From Eledone cirrhosa (lineage: Eukaryota), in contig OZ024741.1 in assembly GCA_964016885.1 (NCBI GenBank), positions 294,190,001-294,254,000 on the forward strand: 64,000 nucleotides of DNA, written 5' to 3'. How positions within the stretch are numbered: position 1 is the first letter of the stretch; every line of letters starts with the position of its first letter. The notes under the pieces were generated by a model. It searched no databases. It was not told where the DNA came from and was given only the letters and a program-made list of their open reading frames with translations. Positions 55,096 through 64,000 of the stretch are shown here, piece by piece. The position numbers and the translations under genes are program-made.

Positions 55096-56054
55096 AACTG
55101 TATTCTATTTCAGTAAGAGAGTTCTGTTTTATCTGATGATTTTATCACCAAATAAAATAGAATTAGTCCTGTAAAAGTCATCTCACAATGAAATAACTTC
55201 AAGTACTCTCTTCTACCTAATGCATTAAACACCTCACTTTAATTGTGTTTCCCTTCCATTCTTTAGCAGATCACCATTGTATTATAGAGAGTATCTATCA
55301 TAATTCCAGATGCTCATCAGGCCAGTGCTTATCTGGGTTTCATCAGCATTGACTGAGAATACAAGACCTTCCTTGGGCAGGGGTCAGTCCATTGCAACAT
55401 TACCCCCCCCCCCCCATTACTGCTGCTACTCATTTTCAATTGAGCTTATTGGAGAAATATGAAATGAAGTATTTTGTTCAAGAACACACTGCACAACCCA
55501 GTCCAAGAATTGAACTCATGACCTCAACACCTTAACCATTTTGTTTCTCTCAGACATATTAGCCTTGTCTTGCCTTTTCTTCTGACCCCAAAAAACCTGG
55601 GAAAAAGAGGTGTTTTTCTTTTTTTAATTTCTCAAGGATAAACATGATAAAATAGATATTTTCTTGATAAATAAATAAATAAATGAAGACATTTGTTTGT
55701 GAGTTAAATATTCATTTTCCCCTGGTCATATGATTCACCTCATCTCATGACTTGTTTTAGTTCAGTCCAATGTATTAATACCTCTAATAACTAATTAAAA
55801 AATAATCTACCAGCATCCATACTTTATTACTATTTATTTGTTGTACATTTTTTGTTATATATTTGTACGTTTTTGAACATTTTTTTTTTTCACCACTTTT
55901 ATATAATTGTGGTTTTACATGTAAGTTTGTGTGTGTGTGAATCTTTGTGTGTATGTGTGCCTCTGCATGTTTATGTGTATACATCTGTGTTTTTTATTGC
56001 GGGTGTATATGTGAATCTGTGTGTCTGATATACTATTATTAGGTTTGGTCCCTC

Positions 56055-56978
56055 AGCTGGTTTGGTTCAGTTAGTTTGGATGGTTGGCTGGAAGACACTG
56101 AGTTGTTTGTTGGTGTGTTGGTTGGCTGGTTGGTTAAGTGGTTGGTTAGATTGGTTTGGTTGGTTGGTTGGTTGCCTGGTGTCAGGCTAATTTATTGGCT
56201 CGCTGACTGACTTGTTGGCTGGTTTGGCTGATTTAATGTCTGCTTGGCTGGTTCAATCAATGGTAGATTGGCTGGCTAATTGGCTCACTGGTTGGATTTG
56301 TTGGCTGGCTGGATAGCTGTTGATTTGGTGGATTGACAGGTTTGCTGGCTCACTGCCACTGGACACCTGGCTGGCTAGCTGGTAGATTGGCTGCCCGGCT
56401 GGTTTTCTGGCAGGCTAGCTGGTTGATTTGTTAGCTGGCTGATTGGTTGGCTAGCTGGTTGGTTGATATGGTTGGCTGGCAGACTCACTGACTGACTTGG
56501 ATGGCTGGTTGACTCAATGACCAGTGGTTGATTGTTGCCTGGTTGGTGGTTGTCTGGTTGGTTGAATTGGCTGACTGCTAGGCTAGCTGGCTGATTGTTT
56601 GGCCATTTGGCTGGTTGGCATGTTGGCTGGTTAATTGGTTGGCAGGCTGGCTCTCTGGCTGTTTGATGAATTGGCAGGCTTGCTGGTTGGCTGACTGGTT
56701 GGCTGACTGGTAGGTTGGCTGGCAATCTAGTTGGTTGACTGGCTAAACTGGCTAGATAGCTGGCTAGACGGCTGGTTGGCTGACTGACTGGATAGCTGGC
56801 TGGTTGTATTGCTGACTGGCTGGATGGTTGGATGGCTGGATGGGTTGGCTGGTTGGCTGGTTGGCTGATGGATTGGCAAGCTGGCTGGTTCACTGGCTTG
56901 CTGGGCTGGCTGGTTGATGGATTGGCAGGTTGGTTGGCTGGCTTGTTGGTTGGCTGCTTGTTGGTTGGCTGATTGGTT
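56055..56978. repeat. Degenerate (TGGY)n satellite
   Basis: TGGT/TGGC/TGAC runs. Confidence 0.85.
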
Positions 56979-57882
56979 TCATTAAAGCCATTGCAACAGG
57001 AATCATTGTCCCTATGACAACAGCTTAGTCAGTAATTTCTCTTCCTCTAATGATATTGTCATAAGTCAAAGTACTTGCCATGTTCCTTCTATTAACATAT
57101 GTTCTCTCTAAGGAATCTAATCATCAAGCCAAGCCTACCAATGCCAGCAGCAGCACTTTTTACCATTGCTTCCTGATTTTTGTTTTTATGTCTGTTTTAT
57201 TTTTATTTTTACTTCTTTCATTCGATTTTGTTTCGTATAATGTTGTTATGGGTGTTAATGGTGTTGTTGAGGTTATTGTTGGTGTTGTTGTTGTTTGAGG
57301 ATGATATTGTTAGTGATGGTGATGTTGTTACTCAGTAGAGGTCGATAGTTGTAGTTGAGGCAGTGGTGGTGTGGTGGTGCTGCAGGGGTGGGGGTATTAT
57401 TGGTGGTGGTGGTGTTGTCATCGGTAGAGGTGATGATAGAAGTAGTAGTGGTGGTGGTGGTGGTGCTAGATGTAGTGCTGGTGTTAGTGTGGATATTGAT
57501 GCTGAAGGGATATTGGTCATGATTGTGTTGTTGTGTTGATTTTATTGGTGATGTTGATGCTATTATTGTTGATGCTGATTTTAGTGGTAGCATTGATTTT
57601 GGTGCTATCGGTGTTGTTTTATAGAAAATTACAAAATGAATGAAGAAATTAAAACGAGAAAAAGATGGAAGATGAGATAATAATGACGATGACAATGATA
57701 ATACTGAGCACTTCTTAGAAATACAAATGTGGCATTAAAAGTGTGACAAATTTCGTAATAATATCAATGATTTCTAACATACCACATTTCTTAGCATACA
57801 ATATTTCTTGAGTGCAATACAACCCTTGTTCTAAAATTAAATATTTCTGAATAAATGACTCCCATATACATAATACAACACC

Positions 57883-58897
57883 TGAGTACAGCCATATCTA
57901 TGTACATTTGACCCTAAAGTACAGCCATATCTATGTACACAGTATGGCTTCTGAGTACAGCCAGGTCTCTGTACATAGTATGGCTTCTAAGTACAGCCCA
58001 TATTATGTACATAGTATGGCTTCTGAGTACAGCCAAGTCTCTGTACATAGTATAGCTTCTGAGTACAGCCATATCTATGTACACAGTATGGCTTCTGAGT
58101 ACAGCCAAGTCTCTGTACATAGTATAGCTTTTGAATACAGCCAGGTCTCTGTACATAGTATGGCTTCTAAGTACAGCCATAACTATGTACACATTATGGC
58201 TTCTGAGTACAGCCAAGTCTTTGTACATAGTACGGCTTCTGAGTACAGCCAGGTCTCTGTACATAGTATGGCTTCTGAGTACAGCCATATCTATGTACAT
58301 AGTATGGCTTCTGAGTACAGCCAAGTCTCTGTACATAGTATGGCTTCTAAGTACAGCCATATCTATGTACACAGTATGGCTTCTGAGTACAGTCAAGTCT
58401 CTGTACATAGTATGGCTTCTGAGTACAGCCAGGTCTCTGTACATAGTATGGCTTCTGAGTACAGCCATATCTATGTACATAGTATGGCTTCTGAGTACAG
58501 TCAAGTCTCTGTACATAGTATGGCTTCTGAGTACAGCCAAGTCTCTGTACATAGTATGGCTTCTGAGTACAGCCATATCTATGTACATAGTATGGCTTCT
58601 GAGTACAGCCAAGTCTCTGTACATAGTATGGCTTCTGAGTACAGCCATATCTATGTACACAGTATGGCTTCAGAGTACAGTCAAGTCTCTGTACATAGTA
58701 TAGCTTCTGAGTACAGCCATATCTATGTACATAGTATGGCTTCTGAGTACAGCCAAGTCTCTGTACATAGTATGGCTTCTGAGTACAGCCATATCTATGT
58801 ACACAGTATGGCTTCAGAGTACTGTCAAGTCTCTGTACATAGTATGGCTTCTGAGTACAGTCATATGTATGTACATAATATGGCTCCTGGGTACAAT
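57883..58897. repeat. 36-bp minisatellite with two alternating variants
   Basis: AGTACAGCCA(AGTCTC|TATCTA)TGTACATAGTATGGCTTCTG. Confidence 0.95.
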
Positions 58898-58997
58898 CAT
58901 ATCTTTTGTAAAATTATACCATATTATTTCGCAAAATCTCAGTCTCTGCCATATTTAATTTTTCATGATGTTGAATAATGTAAAACAACTGTATGTC

Positions 58998-59452
58998 TAA
59001 CCCTTTTGTTACCAACCCAGCCAAGACCGGCCCTGAGTCATAATCATCATCATCATCACCATCATCGTCGTTGATTAACGTCTATCTTCTATACTAGCAT
59101 GAGTTAGATGGGTTTGTCCCAATTAGAGGCAAGTTGGGTTGGGTGACCATGTCTTGCTCATATAGGAGAGTTTCCAGCTGGTTTTCTACAACTGGATGCC
59201 CTTCTTAACACCAACCACATTGACAGTGTGTGCTAGGTGCTTTTTGCCATGCTTTTTATGAAATAAAACCACCCATTTTAAAGGTTTCCAATTTAAATTT
59301 AGATTTTCCAACATAATTTAGTATAAGAACCTTAAATTAAGTTACTATCTTAGAAATGAAATAATGAATAATTTTAGTAAATCCCTAAAATTTCTTCATT
59401 AATTAATTGAAATAGATTGTATTTCATTAGAATGCAGTTATGAAAGGGTTAA
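58998..59452. mobile_element. piggyBac-type MITE with nested RTE tail (59041-59250)
   Basis: TAA|CCCTTT...AAAGGG|TTAA; related to 52583-52833 in opposite orientation. Confidence 0.62.
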
Positions 59453-62400
59453 AATTTTGTGAACAATTGTTATCAACAAGTATTGGCAACTTTGCCTTTT
59501 TGAAATGAATATCCTAGTGATATAAGATTTATTTACTTATTTCACAAATATTTTGTTAGTCATTTTAAGGGTGTAACCAGTTTTTTGTTTTAAGTCACCA
59601 GCATTCAAGTATTGCCAGTAGTGAGACTGTCAAAGGTGTGTAGCTGGTGCAACAGCTTGTTGAAGGAGAAAACAGCTACTGCCCAATGTTCAGTTAAATG
59701 TAGTTTGCATATTTTTCTAAATATAAGATGCACATTTGTCCACCTCTTCCTCTCCCACCTTCCTCTTTTTCTTCTCCCTCTCCTCCTCATCCCACTTATT
59801 CTAGGGTGGTGGGGACAGACAGAGTCCTCAAACACTCGTTCCATGGGTTCCTGTCAGAAGCAACCATTTCCAACAGGTCCGGATGTTATCCAATCATCTT
59901 GCTTGTGATCTACCCCTAGGTTTTCTGCCGGTTGGTTTTGCCTGTAAAATCTCTCCAACAATTCTTTCCTGAGACATGCCCATAATATCTGAACTGTAAT
60001 CTCTCAATTCAGAGAAATGACACTTGATCACTGAGCTATGCACTCTATCGAGTAACATTACCACCCAAAAATTTAATCTTAAAATTTGCCTGTCTCCTAT
60101 ACATTAAAGGTATGAATGCTTCAATAATAATGGCCAACAAATTTGGAAGTTGGAAGAGGGGAAAATCAATTAAATCAACCCCAGTGTGTTACAGGCTCTT
60201 TATTTTATCAACCCTGTAAGGATGAAAGGCAAAGTTAACTTCACAGGATTTGAACTCAGAACATAGAGAATTTAATAATAATGATGATAATATATTTATT
60301 TATCTAATGAAAATTATAAAACAGCAGTATAAATGCATCCCATGTGTCCACTAGTAAAGATACTATATCCATCAGAATTAACAAACCAGCTTTTAGATAC
60401 TTTCTGCTAAATCATTACAGTATGTTAAGAAATAATTTATTTTAATAGCTAACTCATAGCAATATTCTGCTAAATCATTACAGTATGTTAAGAGATAATC
60501 TAGTAGCTAACTGGTGCCAATATTGATATTTTTATTGTAAAAGACATAACTATTTATTTTACTTACTCTCTAATTCATGAAAAAACAAACAAATCATATC
60601 CATTATAGATAATTATAATCACTGTGGGTGAAAGCATTAGTAAATATATGGTAATCACTGTTTGTGGGTCGGTATGCCTGAGCTGGGCAGTGGGTTGAGC
60701 TCTTGCTGGCCTACAAAATGGCTTAAAATTGGTTGTGTTTATCACTTCTGCCGGCCAAACTCCCTCCCATGCATCTCCATCTCGGCACTGGTTCCAGTAA
60801 ATTGGTTTGGGTGTGAAAGTGAGAGCACAGCATTATAACCTTTGCAATGCTTGGATTGCATTATCCTAAAGTGCATATACTTGTGGCTGGGTACTGCTTG
60901 TAAAATATATCGCTTGAAGAAACTCCATTGAAATGAACTATAAAATAAAAACATGTGGCATAAAATAATGCTTTGAAGTTCTTTTTATATCAGGAACAAT
61001 ACACTTTTCTTTAAATATCCGGTTAAATTTGTATTCAATAAAAACCTTACTCCTTCTAATACCAACCTACATGAAACTGCTCCTGGTCCTATGATCCCAA
61101 CCTAGGCATAGAGCATGTCACCCTCTCCCTTTCCCCTCTTTCTTTTGTGGCCAAATAATCCTTGCACTTTCCCTCTTTTTTCCTCATTTATAACATTTAT
61201 AGTCCTTTCCTTTACTTTCCTACACAGCCAGATCTGTCCTTCTTTACCTGTTCCTCCTTATTTTCAGTATCTATATAATAAATTATGAAAACTTAAATTA
61301 TTTACAAACGAAAAAAATAAGACTTGTTTTCAAATGTTTATATTTAATCTTTTTAAATCTTCCATCAGAATTGTATGTAGGAACATTACTAAATTCCTCG
61401 AAATTCTTGATTATTTTTCAAATTTATTTGAAAACCTTGGGCTGTGTTTTTCATAAGAAATATGTTAATGAAAAGTTTAAGCTTCCTTCATAATTTAATG
61501 TAAGAACCTTTCTTAAGTTATGTTACAAACACCAGCTTTAAAATGACAATGTTAATCTCTACAATTTTTTGTATAGTTTTTAAATTAATTCAAAATCTTA
61601 GACAGTGTCTTTCATGAGAAATATGGTAATGAAATGACTAAATGTTGCTATAATTTTCTTCAAAATGAAGATGTGTCTTTTATATAAAAATGCATCTCAT
61701 ACACAAATGCATCTTATGCCCTGAAAAATATAGAAACTCTGTGACAAAAATACAAGTTAAACATGTGCTGAAAGTGTTTCAATATGGATGTGATTTATTC
61801 TTGATTGATGGGAGATTCCACATGTATAGGAAAGTCCCTGTGTCACATAATAATCTAGTTGTGTTGTGAATGTCTTCTACAGGACTATGACAGATGGATG
61901 TTCTACATGTGCTAGTAATGTCTTCTGTAGGGCTGTAAGACATGGAGGTGTTACATGTGTGATGGTGTCTTATATAGGGATGTGAATCACAGATGGAGAA
62001 GCTTCATAAGTGATGAATAGTATTTTGTAGAATTGTAAGACATAGGCACTACATGTGTACTGAGTGTCTTTGTAGGAGTTCAAAAATTGCCACAAGTAAT
62101 CTCATCTAACTTTTTAACAAATATGCCTACCCATCACCCATACTCATACTGGTATTTCATTTACCAATCCCAAAATGATGAAAATATAAAGTGACCACAG
62201 CAGAATTTGAACTCAGAATGCAGATAGCTGAAACATATGCTGTGAGACATTCAATTCAATAAGAAAAGGTAGTTTGTCACCTTTCTCTCCTCTACTTTTC
62301 TACCATCTGTCATAAGACCAATTAGAAGAAAACAAAGCTTAGCCAGATATTCAACATCTGTTCCATCTATCATGAATTCAATTAGAGTAAGATAAAGAGA

Positions 62401-62479
62401 GATATCAAAATAACTTGATGACAGTCCAATTGACAACAGTCCAATCATTGACAGCCAGAGTTATCTTGGCATAGGTGAC

Positions 62480-62817
62480 AAAAACTATTGTTGCTGTTGC
62501 TATTGGACAGAAGTTTATCACATATGTTTCTGTATTAATACAGCATAAGGCTTGTTGTGTGTTTTTGTTTAAATTTCTATTTAAACATCGATGTATGGGT
62601 GTATTTTTATATGTATGAGGGGAGTATGGGTGTGCATATGCTTTTGTGCAAAAACTATTGTTGCTGTTGCTATTGGACAGAAGTTTATCACATATGTTTC
62701 TGTATTAATACAGCATAAGGCTTGTTGTGTGTTTTTGTTTAAATTTCTATTTAAACATCGATGTATGGGTGTATTTTTATATGTATGAGGGGAGTATGGG
62801 TGTGCATATGCTTTTGT
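62480..62817. repeat. 170-bp tandem duplication
   Basis: Two essentially identical copies with period 170. Confidence 0.92.
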
Positions 62818-62850
62818 TAAATTTACATTTAAATATTTACATCTGGATGT

Positions 62851-64000
62851 ATATCATCATCATCATCATCACCGTTTTACAGCTTGTTCCTGTGGGGGGT
62901 CGGGTCTTCTGTATTACTGCTTGACTCCAGAGGTCACAGTCATGTGTCATTGTCCTTGAGAGGTGCAATTGGGTAAGGTCGGCCTTTATCACCCCACCCC
63001 AGGTCTTCTTGGGTCTACCCACTCCACAGTTTCCATCGACTTCTAGTGCTCTGCACCTTTTTATGCAGCTGTCATCCTTGATACGCATCACAAGTCCATA
63101 CCAACGTAACCTCTTTTCCTACACACAGCATTTGATTCCTCTTATGCTCAGTCTCTTTCTCAATTCATTTATACTTTGCCGTTTGCGTATATTCCTATTA
63201 CACATCCATCGGAGTATGCAAGCTTCGTTTCTTTCTAATCTGCACAAGTCCTCTACAGACAGCACCCAGGTTTCACTTCCATGTAACACTGATGTTCATA
63301 TATACACATAATACAGTCAGCCCTTCATTTTGAGGGAAAATCCTTTTGCAGCTAGCAATGGCAGTAGCTCCCTGAACTTCTTCCATCCCGTTCTTACCCT
63401 AGTTATTGTACTTTCTGAACACCCACCTCCACTGTTAATTCAGTCACCTAGATAGCAGAAGCTGTCTTCTGTTTCTACAGAGCCCTCCCAGAGTTTGGTG
63501 GTGCTTGTTTCCTGTGGTCGTTCGCTGTTTGCTGTCCCAGCACAGCTGCTACATATGAAGCCTACATTCTTAGTTAAACTTCCTGAGATCCCACTACATC
63601 TCTTGTGTACCCATTGTTTGCATTTGGCGCAGAGGATGGAGTTCCTACCTACACCTTTCCTACATACTGAGCAAGGCCATTTCCCTGAGGGAATCTGGGT
63701 TCTGTTTTCTCGTCTACTTACAAGAACCTTAGTCTTTGTCAGGTTGACTCTGAGACCCCTTCTTTCTAGTCCCTGCTTCCATGTTTGGAATTTCTTCTCT
63801 AGTTCCACCATGGATTCAGCTATAAGTGCGAGATCATCCGCATACAGAAGTTCCCATGGGCATCCGGTCTTAAACTCCTCCATTATTGCCTGCAAAACTA
63901 TAATGAACAGGAGAGGGCTAAGAACAGAGCCCTGGTGGACACCGACCTGTATGCTAAATTCCTCGCTATATTCATTGCTAATTCTAACTTTGCTGACTGC
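62851..64000 (-). mobile_element. RTE family 1 copy running off the window; most of the 3' UTR deleted
   Basis: ELLYADDLAL...CSVCRKG...CAKCKQWVHKRC...FCYLGD; tail joined directly to the start of the UTR near 62880. Confidence 0.92.

Noticed and set aside
56375-56893. 172-aa Q/P/S-rich ORF
   Set aside because: Translation of a tetranucleotide satellite
57883-58897. CRISPR-like 36-bp repeats
   Set aside because: No unique spacers, no cas genes, eukaryotic context

Overview
AT-rich, repeat-dense animal DNA. The SINE/RTE repertoire and (TA)n density suggest an octopod cephalopod, but that is an inference. I found no convincing host protein-coding gene, and most ORFs in the track are read-through of micro- or minisatellites. 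The window holds decayed retroelements: several RTE-clade LINE copies (APE and RT pieces, (GAT)n tails), two L1/Tx1-clade copies, two related Penelope-like elements (PLE; one with RT plus C-terminal GIY-YIG, one with GIY-YIG only) and a third GIY-YIG remnant. It also has many tRNA-derived SINEs, hAT and piggyBac-type MITEs, a probable solo LTR and several minisatellites. The most striking signal is a population of short non-coding elements in or beside (TA)n tracts that carry minimal hammerhead ribozyme (HHR) motifs: four with an intact core and about ten partial or degenerate. They recur in one asymmetric fold-back layout: an inverted arm without tail, then a sense arm plus tail. The fold-back point is often at HHR stem II, and a matching snap-back hairpin sits at the truncation point of a coding PLE copy. 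All alignments and RNA folds were done by eye.
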